From Candidatus Melainabacteria bacterium 17Bon1m (GTDB lineage: Bacteria; Cyanobacteriota; Vampirovibrionia; Obscuribacterales; Obscuribacteraceae): a DNA stretch of 64,000 bases. The position numbers and the translations under genes were made by a program. The notes beneath the pieces were generated by a model. The model was not told where the DNA came from and ran no database searches. It was given only the letters and a program-made list of their open reading frames with translations. Numbering within the stretch: the stretch's first letter is position 1; every line of letters starts with the position of its first letter. The stretch spans positions 256,001 to 320,000 of the forward strand of contig JAVLKG010000005.1 of the NCBI GenBank assembly GCA_032128875.1, in the 5' to 3' direction. Positions 1 through 11,200 of this stretch are shown one piece after another.

Positions 1-691
1 TCGGTTTTTCTTTCGGCCAGAATTCACGCAAAACTTTTGCAACCGAAAGCGGGAATCTCATGCGATTTTCCAACGAACCACCATATTGATCTTTGCGCTG
101 ATTTGCAATCGGTGAGAGATATGATTGCAAAAGATATCCATGGGCGTTATGCATTTCGAGGACGTCAAAACCGCAGTCGTTAGCGCGTTTTGCTGCAGCA
201 AGAAAGTCGTTGCGCACTTTCTCCATGTCCTTTTCATCCATCTCTTTGGGTGTGTGCCAGTTTTCGCCCCAAGGAATGGCGCTCGATGAGAATGTTTGCC
301 ACGGCTCCTCGCCGGGGTTTTTATCTGATTCGAGAATTGGACCATCGCCTTCCCATGGACGGTGGCAGCTTGCTTTTCTTCCTGCATGTGCAAGCTGAAT
401 TCCGGGCGTGGCGCCGAGTGATTTAAGGAGTGCGACGACACGCTTGAGCGGTGCTTTCTGTTCGTCGTTCCACAGTCCGGAGTCTCCGTGTGTAATTCGG
501 CCTTCGGGGGAAACGCCCGTGGCTTCTACGAAAATTAGTCCCGCGCCGCCCATCGCGAAACGCCCCAGGTGAGCAATATGAAAGTCTGTGAGTTTTCCGT
601 CAATTGCCGAATACATGCACATTGGTGAAACGACAGTACGGTTGCGAATTTCGACATCGCGAACTTTGACGTGCTCGAATAACTTGCTCAT
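1..691 (-). CDS. NADH:flavin oxidoreductase / old yellow enzyme (YqjM/NamA-like); 3' end runs off the window
   Basis: Manual translation from ATG 691: MSKLFEHVKVRDVEIRNRTVVSPMCMYSA...GGAGLIFVEATGVSPEGRIT...GIQLAHAGRKAS...EMHNAHGYLL...DQYGGSLENRMRF. Not in the ORF track because the stop lies outside the window. Confidence 0.93.
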   Translation of the reverse strand, partial: MSKLFEHVKVRDVEIRNRTVVSPMCMYSAIDGKLTDFHIAHLGRFAMGGAGLIFVEATGVSPEGRITHGDSGLWNDEQKAPLKRVVALLKSLGATPGIQLAHAGRKASCHRPWEGDGPILESDKNPGEEPWQTFSSSAIPWGENWHTPKEMDEKDMEKVRNDFLAAAKRANDCGFDVLEMHNAHGYLLQSYLSPIANQRKDQYGGSLENRMRFPLSVAKVLREFWPKEKP

Positions 692-829
692 GCTGTGAAT
701 CCTTCTAAATGCTTTCTTTTCGGGCCGACGCGTCGCGTGCCCTTCTCTGGAGCGGAATGGTAGCAGACTTAGAAAGATCATTTGCAAGCGTTGCCGCGGT
801 AACTCAGTATCCGCTTGGCATTTGCAGCG

Positions 830-1324
830 TTAACCCAATTCCCCTTTCGAGCTGACCAGTCCTTTGCGGCTGGCGAAGCGCAACACCGCGCGGCGCAGAT
901 TGAGAAACTCTTTGTGAAAACCGCCGTTGACCATCTCTTCGTAGGCGAGGTCGAACGTGTGCCCGTGAGCTTCCATGCGATATATGCAAACCATAGCTCC
1001 GGTTCTATCTTGACCGTGCAAACAATGTATGAAAATGGGGTGACTTTCCGGTTGTAGCGCAATTTCCAGAAATTGCTTGATTGCCGCCTCGCTGGGCTCC
1101 TGGAAAGGTGTCATTGGTACGCTGAGAAACTGCATTCCAAGCTGCTCGACAAGTTCTTTCTCGCGTGCAATCTGCCCGGGCTCCTCGCGCAGATTGATGA
1201 TGGTTTTAATCCCTTTCTCTTTGAGGATTTTGAAGCCATCATCATTAGGCTGACCGCCGCAGTATATCTCTGCGGCTATCTGGCGGAAATTTGGGGTTGG
1301 TTCTGTCGGGTCGTGGGCGAGCAT
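830..1324 (-). CDS. Protein tyrosine / dual-specificity phosphatase family
   Basis: P-loop HCLHGQDRTG (CX5R); PNFRQ, GGQP and GIKTIINLR motifs. Confidence 0.88.
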   Translation of the reverse strand: MLAHDPTEPTPNFRQIAAEIYCGGQPNDDGFKILKEKGIKTIINLREEPGQIAREKELVEQLGMQFLSVPMTPFQEPSEAAIKQFLEIALQPESHPIFIHCLHGQDRTGAMVCIYRMEAHGHTFDLAYEEMVNGGFHKEFLNLRRAVLRFASRKGLVSSKGELG

Positions 1325-1526
1325 CGGCCTGCTGGGCGGGCTGGGGCGGACTTAAGTTAGTTCATTACCTTTATACCCTGATGAGAACCCCGATTCATAC
1401 GTTGCGGCACTCTCGGGGCGAGGTGACTGATAAATTTCGATACGAGTGCGACAAGAAAGCCCCGTATTAAGGGCTGATTGGCGAAAAGGCGGCATAATAT
1501 AGCCAGCCTTTTAAGGAGACTTCAAA

Positions 1527-3137
1527 GTGACCGGAACTCAGACTTCGCACGGTGCCCTCAGTCATCTTGCCGACAACGCACTCACAGACGGCATTGCCAT
1601 TCTTGATTTCGGATCGCAATTTTCGCAATTAATCGCCAGGCGGGTTAGAGAGGTTAATACCTATTCTGAGCTTCTGCCCTACAGCACGTCGGCTGAAGAA
1701 CTCAAGCGGCTTAATCCGAAGGGCATTATTCTGAGCGGCGGACCGAGCAGTTGCTATGAAGCGCATGCGCCGCAGCTCGACGCTGGAGTCTGGAAGTTGG
1801 GTATCCCTGTCCTGGGCGTTTGCTACGGCATGCAGCTTATGGCGCGCGACCTGGGCGGCGTAGTCGAGCCATCCGATGTTAAAGAATACGGACGTGCGAT
1901 GCTGACCATCGCGCATCACGGCAACCTTTTCGATGGCTTGGATCCGGAGATGGAAAGCTGGATGAGCCATGGCGACAGTGTGACCGTGCTGCCTGCCGGC
2001 TTTGCGGTGTCTGCAAGAACGATGGCCACTCCAGTGGCAGCAATTGCTGATGAAGAACGCAATTACTACGGCGTGCAATTCCACCCGGAAGTCGTGCACA
2101 CACGCGGTGGACAGCAAGTCATAGAAAACTTCGTGGTGCGCGTCTGTCGCTGCACGCAAAGCTGGACGATGAAACAATTTATCGAACATGCGATTGCCGA
2201 AGTTCGCGAGAAAGTCGGTGACAAGCGCGTTTTGCTTGCGCTCTCTGGAGGCGTTGACAGTTCTACACTCGCATTTCTTTTGCACAAAGCTATCGGCGAT
2301 CAGTTGGTGTGCATGTTCATCGATCAAGGTTTCATGCGGAAAAACGAACCCGAATGGTTGGTTGATGCGTTTGAAAACGAGTTCAAGATTCATGTTCACT
2401 TCATCAAAGCTCGCGACAGATTTATTGACAAACTCGCAGGAGTGACGGATCCCGAGGAAAAACGCAAAAAAATCGGTGCGGAATTTATCAGAGTATTTGA
2501 AGAGGAATCGAAAAAACTCGGCAAGTTCGATTTCCTTGCACAAGGCACTCTCTATCCGGATGTCATCGAGTCTTCGGGAACGCAAGTGGATCCAAAAACA
2601 GGTGAGCGCGTCGCTGTGAAAATCAAGTCGCACCACAATGTGGGCGGCTTGCCGAAAGACCTCCAATTCAAACTTGTAGAGCCATTCTCGAAGCTCTTCA
2701 AGGACGAAGTCAGACGAGTCGCCGCAGAGCTTGATGTACCGGAAGGAATTCGTGTTCGCCACCCATTCCCAGGACCAGGGTTGGCTATCCGCGTGCTCGG
2801 CGAAGTTACAAAAGAACGTTTGAAAACACTGCGCGAAGCCGATTGGATTATCCGCGAGGAGATCAAAGCACACGGCTTGTACCGTCAGATTTGGCAAGTC
2901 TTCGGCGTCTTACTGCCGACTTTGTCGGTTGGCGTAATGGGCGATCAGCGCACCTATCAAAACCAAATTGTCATTCGTGCCGTTACCAGTGAAGACGGTA
3001 TGACTGCAGACTGGGCGCGCTTGCCTTACGATTTGTTGGCGACGATTTCTTCGCGAATTGTCAATGAAGTGCCTGGTATCAACCGGGTAGTTTATGACGT
3101 TACATCCAAACCGCCTGCGACAATTGAGTGGGAATAG
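1527..3137 (+). CDS. guaA: GMP synthase (glutamine-hydrolysing)
   Basis: [36 protein letters not shown]-terminal [18 protein letters not shown] before the GTG start. Confidence 0.99.
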   Translation: MTGTQTSHGALSHLADNALTDGIAILDFGSQFSQLIARRVREVNTYSELLPYSTSAEELKRLNPKGIILSGGPSSCYEAHAPQLDAGVWKLGIPVLGVCYGMQLMARDLGGVVEPSDVKEYGRAMLTIAHHGNLFDGLDPEMESWMSHGDSVTVLPAGFAVSARTMATPVAAIADEERNYYGVQFHPEVVHTRGGQQVIENFVVRVCRCTQSWTMKQFIEHAIAEVREKVGDKRVLLALSGGVDSSTLAFLLHKAIGDQLVCMFIDQGFMRKNEPEWLVDAFENEFKIHVHFIKARDRFIDKLAGVTDPEEKRKKIGAEFIRVFEEESKKLGKFDFLAQGTLYPDVIESSGTQVDPKTGERVAVKIKSHHNVGGLPKDLQFKLVEPFSKLFKDEVRRVAAELDVPEGIRVRHPFPGPGLAIRVLGEVTKERLKTLREADWIIREEIKAHGLYRQIWQVFGVLLPTLSVGVMGDQRTYQNQIVIRAVTSEDGMTADWARLPYDLLATISSRIVNEVPGINRVVYDVTSKPPATIEWE

Positions 3138-3211
3138 CAGCGCAGGTAGATCATCAGGGGAAGACCTGATCGCGTTAGGCAGGCTGATCTAGTAAGGCAG
3201 AAACTGATCGG

Positions 3212-4837
3212 GTGGGAATGAAACAGAGCTTCGTAGCTGACTCTACTGCGCGTGCTCTTTTAGTACTGCTTTTCCTTGTCGCCGTTGTCGCATCGATTTT
3301 CATTGCCGGTGCGAGTCTCCATGATCCTGATACATGCTGGCTATTGTCGCTTGGAATGAAAATTGTGGAAGGCTGCGCGCTTCCGCAGGCAGACCCCTAT
3401 TCCTACACAATGCAGCTCTTCCCGGAAAGACGTTTTATTCTCTATCAGTGGCTCAGTGAAGTTTTATTCGCGCTGTCCTACAAAGCTCTCGATCTTGCAG
3501 GGCTCCTGCTGCTAGCTGCAGTTGTTCTCACTGCTTCGTTTATCTCAGTCCCGCTGGCACTTGCTCGGAAAATAGGCATGCCTGGCTGCTTTGCAATAGC
3601 CGGAACGATTCTCACACTGCTGACCGCTTTCTTCCATTTTCTTTGTCGACCGGAAATTTTCAGCTATCTGCTTCTCGGCACCTACATTTCGATGACCCAT
3701 TTTTTCTTGCGCAATAGAAACGTCGAGAAAGTCGATTGGAAGGCTGTCACCGTATTTGGTGCGATAATGGCAATCTGGTGCAACTTGCACAGTGGCTTTG
3801 TACTTGGCTTGCTCTATCTTTTCGTCTTTGCGTTGGTTACTACGATTTCAGATTTTGCTGCAGAGAAGAAGCTCAAAGCAATCGATAGGACGATCATATT
3901 TTCATTCGTCGCGGCTCTCGTAGGAACTTTCGTCAACCCTTATGGCATCGGTCTTTGGCAATATCTTCCGACTCTCTTTTTTACTCCTCTTAACAGGCAC
4001 ATCATCGAGTTGAGGCCGGTTTCCGGCAAAGACTTTCTTGAGTGGACCTTTTATCCGTTCGTCATACTGTTGGTTGTAACCGGCATTACCTGTGCACGAG
4101 CACTGATGAAGAAAATTGATTCCACGATTGTCAGCACACCTCGAGGGCAGGTGCTTTTTGCCGCCATTGCTGTGTTCAGTTGGATTATCGCGGGCTTTTG
4201 CTGCAGACGTCTGATTCCTTTTGCAGCCATTCATTTGTTCGCAGAAGGAGGCTACATGCTTGCTCTTCTACGAAAGCAAAAGGTTGCGGGGCAACCCGAT
4301 GCTGTGCAGAACAATGCTGCGCCGACGTTCTGGGAAATGGTCGATCAAAAACTGCAAAATTCCTATCATCCTCACGGCCTTATGTGGTTTGTCACCATAG
4401 CTGTCTTTGCTGGTGTGGGCGTATTTTTCGTTTCTTCTCGCATTCCAGATGCTATTGTCCTTCCGCAATCCAGCAAAGTGATGCAGGCACCGTTTGATGC
4501 AGTAAAAGTGATTGGTGAAAAACCTCCTGCAGGGCGAGTTTTCAATGATCCGCAATTTGGCGATGTGATGATTTGGAAGCTTCAACAGCCGCCAAAGCTC
4601 TTCATCGACACTCGCTTCGACATGTATGGCGCACGAATTGTCGAAGACTATCAGACTATCTATTCAACAAAAGATGGCTGGGAAGAATTACTCAAGAAGT
4701 ATCAGATCTCGTGGGTGTTTGTTCGTCCAGAAGCGCCTATCGCTAAGAGACTCGCTGAAAGAGGTTGGAAAACCTTGTATGTGGATAAGGCAGCCATCGT
4801 CATTCATATTCCTGATGCCGGAAGTTCTACAGACTGA
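3212..4837 (+). CDS. Polytopic membrane protein, probable GT-C-fold (lipid-linked sugar) transferase; paralogue of 41250..42833
   Basis: About 11-13 hydrophobic segments; acidic first loop DPDTCW; YQWL, RPE, WCNLHSGF, NPYG; soluble C-domain FND..FG..FIDTRFDMY. Confidence 0.6.
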   Translation: MGMKQSFVADSTARALLVLLFLVAVVASIFIAGASLHDPDTCWLLSLGMKIVEGCALPQADPYSYTMQLFPERRFILYQWLSEVLFALSYKALDLAGLLLLAAVVLTASFISVPLALARKIGMPGCFAIAGTILTLLTAFFHFLCRPEIFSYLLLGTYISMTHFFLRNRNVEKVDWKAVTVFGAIMAIWCNLHSGFVLGLLYLFVFALVTTISDFAAEKKLKAIDRTIIFSFVAALVGTFVNPYGIGLWQYLPTLFFTPLNRHIIELRPVSGKDFLEWTFYPFVILLVVTGITCARALMKKIDSTIVSTPRGQVLFAAIAVFSWIIAGFCCRRLIPFAAIHLFAEGGYMLALLRKQKVAGQPDAVQNNAAPTFWEMVDQKLQNSYHPHGLMWFVTIAVFAGVGVFFVSSRIPDAIVLPQSSKVMQAPFDAVKVIGEKPPAGRVFNDPQFGDVMIWKLQQPPKLFIDTRFDMYGARIVEDYQTIYSTKDGWEELLKKYQISWVFVRPEAPIAKRLAERGWKTLYVDKAAIVIHIPDAGSSTD

Positions 4838-4992
4838 CTGATGCGCTCCACGCGCACCATGTTTTCCTCATGTCAGATTGGCGAACTATGCTGACTGCAC
4901 GGTTAACCGCCCCGCTGATCACACTTTGAATCGCGCCTGTGTAACGGATTTGCTTTCGCAGAGCCTGATATCCGGCGCCTTCGTTCTTAAAA

Positions 4993-5904
4993 ATGGAGCT
5001 TACTATGACAGACAACACGAATGTTGCCGACAGACCCCGTCGTTCTGAAGCCGCAGAGACGGAAGCATCTTCGAGAATGGCGCAGGAAGTTTATGGAAAT
5101 AGACCAGTAACTGATCTGTCTGGAAGACCGTGCACAACACAACCCGAGTCGAATCAGTTCAATACTCTTACCAGGGGGGTGCCTTCGGCGGGTTGCGATT
5201 TCCGCAGTGGCGAGCAGCTTTCACAAGCAACTGGAACACTCGATTTCGGCAATATTTGGCGCGAGGTCGGCCGCTCTACTGTTCAGATACAAGTTGGCTC
5301 CGAACGCGAGCGTGGTGGTGGAACTGGCGTGGTGATTGGTTCTCACAATGATATGTGCATCGTTGCTACAGCCGCCCATGTCACTCATCCGCACCGTTTT
5401 GAGCCGGGTGCAGAGCGCCCCACCAGTCGTTCTGTCGTAATGCCCGATGGGCGTGCCTACCCAGCGGAAACTCGCATTCTAAATATGAGGAACGATCAGG
5501 CTGTTTTGGCTGTGCGAACCAGCTCCAACACGGACAATGTCTGCCACCCGGCGCAAGCAGGCGAAGGATACGCTAGCGGACAGCGTGGATTTGTCGCTGG
5601 TTTTCCGATGGCGACGAACACTCCTTACATATCGCCTGCACAAATAGGTGCAATTCGCAGAGATTTGGGTCGCCCGGATCGCCGTCACGAAGACTCTCCT
5701 CAGCATGTTGTCCGCACTAACATTACCGGCGGCAACTCGGGAGGTCCGTTCTTCGACACCGAGGGACGTGTGAGAGGATTGATGAGTTCCGGTGATGAGC
5801 AAAACTTTGGAAGGAGTGTCAGCGGTAACAGAATCGGCATTGCCAGCCCTTTTACCGAGCGTATGCAGCGTAACTATATGGCGACAATTCGCAACCAGCG
5901 CTAG
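4993..5904 (+). CDS. Trypsin-like (S1) serine protease with N-terminal extension; lysine-free
   Basis: TAAHV (His), NDQAVL (Asp), GGNSGGP (Ser). Confidence 0.88.
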   Translation: MELTMTDNTNVADRPRRSEAAETEASSRMAQEVYGNRPVTDLSGRPCTTQPESNQFNTLTRGVPSAGCDFRSGEQLSQATGTLDFGNIWREVGRSTVQIQVGSERERGGGTGVVIGSHNDMCIVATAAHVTHPHRFEPGAERPTSRSVVMPDGRAYPAETRILNMRNDQAVLAVRTSSNTDNVCHPAQAGEGYASGQRGFVAGFPMATNTPYISPAQIGAIRRDLGRPDRRHEDSPQHVVRTNITGGNSGGPFFDTEGRVRGLMSSGDEQNFGRSVSGNRIGIASPFTERMQRNYMATIRNQR

Positions 5905-5980
5905 CTGGCGTTGCAATCGTAGTAGGGAAGGCACATATGCCTTCCTGCTCAGGGAGCCACATGTGGCCCGTACGTTTGAA

Positions 5981-6529
5981 TCAATCTGCTGGATAAAACT
6001 GGCGAAACCGCATTGCTGATTTGAGGCGCCCGATGCCTTCTTCGTACGATATCTCGCGAAGCCGAAGTTGCTTTTGCACTGTTAGTGCAGCGACAACAAG
6101 GTCGGGTCTGATAATTTGCATTTTGACAAGTGCATGTCCCAGTGGACTAGACAATTCTGCGCTTGCGATGAGCGCTTCTGCAAGATTGTCTTCAGAAAGC
6201 AACTCAGATGCAACGAGCAATTCGCCCAGGCGGTCCTGGTTTTGCGTGACTTCTGGCCCTACACCGGCGGTTTCCAGGGCGGCTTGCAAAGACGCACCTT
6301 CGTCCACAATGTCCCTGATGATTTTGATGGCGGCATCTTGCGTAATCTTGCCGCTGAGCAACAATGACTGTGCCTGAATGGCTGCCAGCATCTCTGTCTT
6401 TGTTAGAAATCCTGAAGCGACGAGGACCTGTCCTACTGGCATTCCCAGGGACTGCGCGTAACCAAGCTGTTCGGCCAAATCGTTTTGACTTACTACCTCG
6501 GCTGTTGCGAGTAGTTCTCCGATTTTGAT
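5981..6529 (-). CDS. MshEN-like repeat protein (possible c-di-GMP binding)
   Basis: KIGELLATAEVV..., PVGQVLVASGFL, RLGELLVASELLSEDNLAEAL, PLGHALV. Homology extends 17 codons upstream of the called TTG (6478) to an ATC at 6529. Confidence 0.7.
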   Translation of the reverse strand: MKIGELLATAEVVSQNDLAEQLGYAQSLGMPVGQVLVASGFLTKTEMLAAIQAQSLLLSGKITQDAAIKIIRDIVDEGASLQAALETAGVGPEVTQNQDRLGELLVASELLSEDNLAEALIASAELSSPLGHALVKMQIIRPDLVVAALTVQKQLRLREISYEEGIGRLKSAMRFRQFYPAD

Positions 6530-6767
6530 GGCTCAATCTCCCGACGTGATTTAGAGAATGATTTTGGTTCCCATTTGAGATTAGCACAACCTAGTGTCGC
6601 ATAAGCTATCTTTTTTGCTGATTAGGTATTATGGTGTGGGGCGGAAAGTGACAGTAGGACTATGAAAACGGTTGTCACTCCAAAAATAGCAAAGCCTTTT
6701 GGTCCTCAAATAAATACAGCGAAAGCGACCAAAACGGCATCGACAGTACCACAGGAAACGGAATCAC

Positions 6768-8291
6768 TTGGATAACCACGTAAAACTCTCATCACGACCG
6801 AACAATTCGAAGCGCTTGCAAATCATTCACTTGCTTTTTGTTCCAATTTCGGTTGTCGTTCTGGCGCTTATGTCGCCATTTTGCGTGGTGGCACACGAAG
6901 GTGAAAACGAAGCGTTCGCCGGTAGCGATCATGCAGGTCCGGAGACTGTGACTGCTAGTCAGCAAGGTCAGCGGGCTCTTGGATTGGAGGTTGGTCCGCC
7001 TCGATTTGCTTTTCTCAAAGACACACTTTCGTCCACTGGTGAAGTTCAAGCCGCCGAAACTCAGTCTTTTGATGTAAATCCTCCGGTGTCAGGGGTGGTG
7101 CAGAATGTTTACGCAAAACAGGGGGACACTGTCAAAAAGGGGCAAGTTCTTGCGCTTGTTCACAGTATCGAGGTTGCAACCACTCTCACACAATTATTGA
7201 ACAATCGTCAGCGCCTTCAAGGTGATATTACGCGCGTCAAAACTGAAATTGGAAGTGACATCACTCTGCAAACCAATCAGGTGCAATTGGCGAAGACTAG
7301 CTATGAAAGAGAAGCTGCGCTTTTCAAAGAAGGTATAAGCGCACAGAAAGCGCTCTTGGAGGCGAAGAATAATCTTGATTCTGCTCAAGTAAAATTGGCG
7401 ACTCTGCAGCAGCGACTGAAGCAGGAGGTGGCTTTGCTTCAGAATCAGCTCAAGATGACTATCGAGTCTGCTGAAGATCAGCTTGAAATTATGGGAATCG
7501 GGAAAGCCGAAGTCGACAGGAGCTTGCAGTCGAATCATGTAACGGCAGACCTTCCTATCGTAGCTCCTGTGAGCGGCGTCGTAACGCAACGCGATATTAC
7601 TCTAGGAGAGCGAGTCGACCCGACCAAGAAGGTTTTCAGCATCGTCAACCTAAGTCCTATCTGGGTAATGGTTGACATTTACCAAGAGCAAATTCCAAAT
7701 GTAAAACAAGGGCAAGAAGTTGCGATAACAACGCCCTCGCATCAAACACTCAGTGGAAAGATTTCATCTGTCGGCACGGTTGTCGATGATGCAACAAAGA
7801 CATTGCACGTGCGTATCATCACCGACAATCCAGCCGGCGTGCTGCGACCAGGCATGTTCGTACAGGCGCAAATTATTATTGGCTCAAAGGACAAACAAAC
7901 TCTGATAGTACCGGATACTGCGGTTTTGCGTGACGGCGATAAGCGTTTTGTCTACACGAAGGTCGATAATTCATTCAAGCCGACTCCCGTGCGCACGGGG
8001 CTCGAAGTTGCGGGAGACGTAGAGATTTTGAGCGGTATTGCGCTTAGCGATCAGATTGTTTTGAGAGGCGCGCAACAGTTGAAAGCGGAGGCTGTCTTGC
8101 GACCGGGCGAAAGTCATGGCGATGTTGCAGATGACACAGATCATGCCTCACACGGCGCGGATGCCGCACCGAAAGTGAACAGCCGAGCGCAGCTGGCGAT
8201 GTTCTTTGCGTTCGGTGTCGCGGCTTCGTTTATGGTCATCGCAATTTGGAGCTTCGTGAGCAAACGCATGAGCGTTCCTGATTCTAAATGA
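6768..8291 (+). CDS. RND efflux membrane-fusion (adaptor) protein, CzcB/CusB-like
   Basis: PPVSGVVQNVYAKQGDTVKKGQ lipoyl halves, long coiled coil, APVSGVV, LRPGMFV; overlaps next gene (ATGA). Confidence 0.92.
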   Translation: MDNHVKLSSRPNNSKRLQIIHLLFVPISVVVLALMSPFCVVAHEGENEAFAGSDHAGPETVTASQQGQRALGLEVGPPRFAFLKDTLSSTGEVQAAETQSFDVNPPVSGVVQNVYAKQGDTVKKGQVLALVHSIEVATTLTQLLNNRQRLQGDITRVKTEIGSDITLQTNQVQLAKTSYEREAALFKEGISAQKALLEAKNNLDSAQVKLATLQQRLKQEVALLQNQLKMTIESAEDQLEIMGIGKAEVDRSLQSNHVTADLPIVAPVSGVVTQRDITLGERVDPTKKVFSIVNLSPIWVMVDIYQEQIPNVKQGQEVAITTPSHQTLSGKISSVGTVVDDATKTLHVRIITDNPAGVLRPGMFVQAQIIIGSKDKQTLIVPDTAVLRDGDKRFVYTKVDNSFKPTPVRTGLEVAGDVEILSGIALSDQIVLRGAQQLKAEAVLRPGESHGDVADDTDHASHGADAAPKVNSRAQLAMFFAFGVAASFMVIAIWSFVSKRMSVPDSK

Positions 8292-11200
8292 TCAATCGTT
8301 TTATCCAATGGTCAATCAACAATCGCTGGATCGTAGCGATCCTTGCGTTTGTGTGGTTGCTCGCCGGAGTCTATGCGACCGACACGATGCCTGTCGACGT
8401 GTTTCCGGACTTCGCGCCTGTGCGTGTCGTTGTGCTCACTGAAGCGCCAGGCTTCGCTCCAGAAGAAGTCGAAAGTCTTGTTACTCGCCCGCTGGAATCG
8501 AATCTCAACGGCACTGCCAACGTGAAAGTGGTGCGTTCCGTTTCGACCATCGGACTATCTGTCATTACGATCATTTTTCAGGACTCGACAAATGTGCTGG
8601 TGGCACGGCAGCTCGTCTCCGAGAAGATTCAGTCGGTGCGTGGGCAATTGCCCGACAATGTGAAAGAGCCCGTCCTGGCTCCAATGACGACTGCCGCAGG
8701 CGACATCCTCAAAATCGGCTTGTATTCGACTGGTGAAACATCATCGATGGACTTGCGCACGCTTGCCGATTGGACTCTGCGCATGAGGCTTATGGCTGTG
8801 CCTGGTGTTTCTAATGTCGTTGTAACCGGCGGCGATGTAAAACAGTATCAAGTTCTCGTAGACCCTGAAAAGCTGAAGCAATACGACGTTACTCTTGCGC
8901 AGGTCGTAGCCGCAGCCAGAGGCAGCAACCTCAACACCGCGGGCGGTATCGTCAGGACAAATGAAAGAGAGGAACTGGTGCGCGGGCTTGGGCGCATTAG
9001 TTCGCCGGCCGAGATTGCTGAAACCGTTGTGGTTGAGCGCGGCAGCCAGCCTATACTGCTGGGCAATGTTGCTGATGTAAAACTCGGCGCTCAGTTTAAA
9101 ATCGGTGATGCGATAGTCGACGGGCACCCCGGTGTCGTGCTTACTGTTTTCAAACAACCTGAAGCTAATACGCTAGAAACAACGCGTACCCTGGAAAAAG
9201 CTCTTAACGATTTGCGTCAGACTTTTCCAAAAGATGTGCAGGTCATAACCACTTTCCGCCAGGCTGACTTTATCGAGATTGCGGTCAAGAATGTTTCGGA
9301 AGCCGTGATTCTTGGCGGTGTGCTGGTCATAATCATTCTCTTTGCGTTTTTGCAGAATTGGCGCACTGCGATTATCTCGCTGACTGCTATTCCTCTTTCG
9401 TTGCTGTCAGCAATAATCGCGCTGAAATTTCACGGATATACGATAAATACAATGACCCTGGGTGGTTTGGCAATCGCAATCGGTGAAGTCGTTGACGATG
9501 CGATTATTGATGTGGAAAACATCTATCGTCGGCTGCGTGAAAACGCCTCCTCTGCGCAACCTAAGTCTGCACTGGCTGTTATGTACGAAGCGTCTGCTGA
9601 GGTGCGCGGCGCTGTCGTCTACGCGACCATGATCGTTGCTTTGATGTTTTTGCCCGTTCTTTCTCTCAAAGGGCTCGAGGGCAAGATTTTTACACCACTG
9701 GCTTATGCTTATCTTGTTTCACTTCTGGCATCACTGGGCGTCGCATTGACCGTAACTCCGGCGATGTGCGCCATTTTGCTCAAGAAAACAAAAGGCGGCG
9801 AAGAGGCCGATGGTCGTGTAATCAAGTTTTTGAAACGCGTTTACTCGCCGATATTGGACTTCTCTCTGCGTCGCCCGCGCTCGATTGTCGCGGGCGCATT
9901 GCTGCTTTTCTTGTTTTCCATGGGAAATTTATTCGTTCTAGGAACAGAATTTCTCCCTCCTTTTGACGAAAACAATTTGATTGTCGTCACGACCTTTATG
10001 CCCGGAACCAGCCTCGATACGACGACTCAGATGGGGACAGAACTGACCTCGCACTTTATTGATAAGCACGAGATCATGGCGGCAAGCCAGCGGGCGGGGC
10101 GTGCAGAGGGGGGTGAAGATTATGGTGCCAGCAACGTCAGTGAATTCGACATTCGCTTGAAGCCGGACACACCCGACAAGCAGCGGTTGCTCAACCATAT
10201 TCGCCATGAATTTTCGCACGTGCCAGGACTGATCGCTGACAGCGGTTCATATTTGCAGCATCGCATGGATCATGCGCTGTCCGGAGTCAATGCCGCGATT
10301 GCTGTGAAATTGTTCGGCCCCGACCTTGATGTTTTGCATGAGAATGCACTGAAAATCGAAAAGGTCATGAAAGAGATCCGAGGCGCAGTAGACGTACACG
10401 TGGAGCAAATTGTCGATGTGCCGCAAATTTCGATTAAGGTCAATCGAGAAGCAGCCGCGCGATACGGCGTACGCGTGAAAGATTTGTCCGACTCCATTGA
10501 GGCGGCATTCCGCGGCGTCACTGTCTCTCAAGTGCTTGAAGGGCAGAAGGCTTTCGACATGTATGTCTGGCTGAAGCCGGAATATCGAAATAACCTGAAC
10601 GTCATTAAGTCGACTCTCGTCGACACGCCTGCCAATATGAAAGTGCCGCTCGGTGCTCTCGCTTCTGTCACTGAAGGCGAGAGTCCAAACACGATAAGCC
10701 ACGAGAATATATCGCGACGTGTCGTCGTGCAGGCCAATGTCTCGGGTCGCGATTTGGGTAGCCTCATTAGCGAAGCGAAGAGTCGAATCGCCAAGGAAGT
10801 TCAGTTGCCGACGGGCTATTACGTTGTTTATGGCGGACAATTTGAGGCGCAGGAAGAAGCATCGCGTCAGTTGGGTATTTTGCTCGCTGCGGCGCTCGTT
10901 GGGATGTTTTTGCTTCTTTCTCTTGCTTTCAAGTCACCCAAGGCGGCGATTATTATCATGGCGAATTTGCCGCTGGCGCTCGTTGGCGGCATCTGGGCGG
11001 TGCTCTTTTCCGGCGCGGTGCTCAGCGTCGGCTCAATGGTCGGATTTATGACACTGTTTGGCATATCTACTCGCAATGGCATCATGCTCGTCTCTCACTT
11101 CAATCAATTGTTGGACGATGGAGGAAGTCTTGAGGATATCGTGCGACACAGCGCTCTCGACCGCCTCAGCCCTGTTTTGATGACTGCCCTGGCTGCTTCC

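Noticed and set aside
1629-2897. 422-aa antisense ORF inside guaA (likewise 41731..42540, 42657..43337 and many shorter ones)
   Set aside because: Shadow frames of well-supported genes, with no recognisable motifs
3140-3210. Three CTGATC words and a small hairpin after guaA
   Set aside because: Too short to distinguish from chance; no U tract
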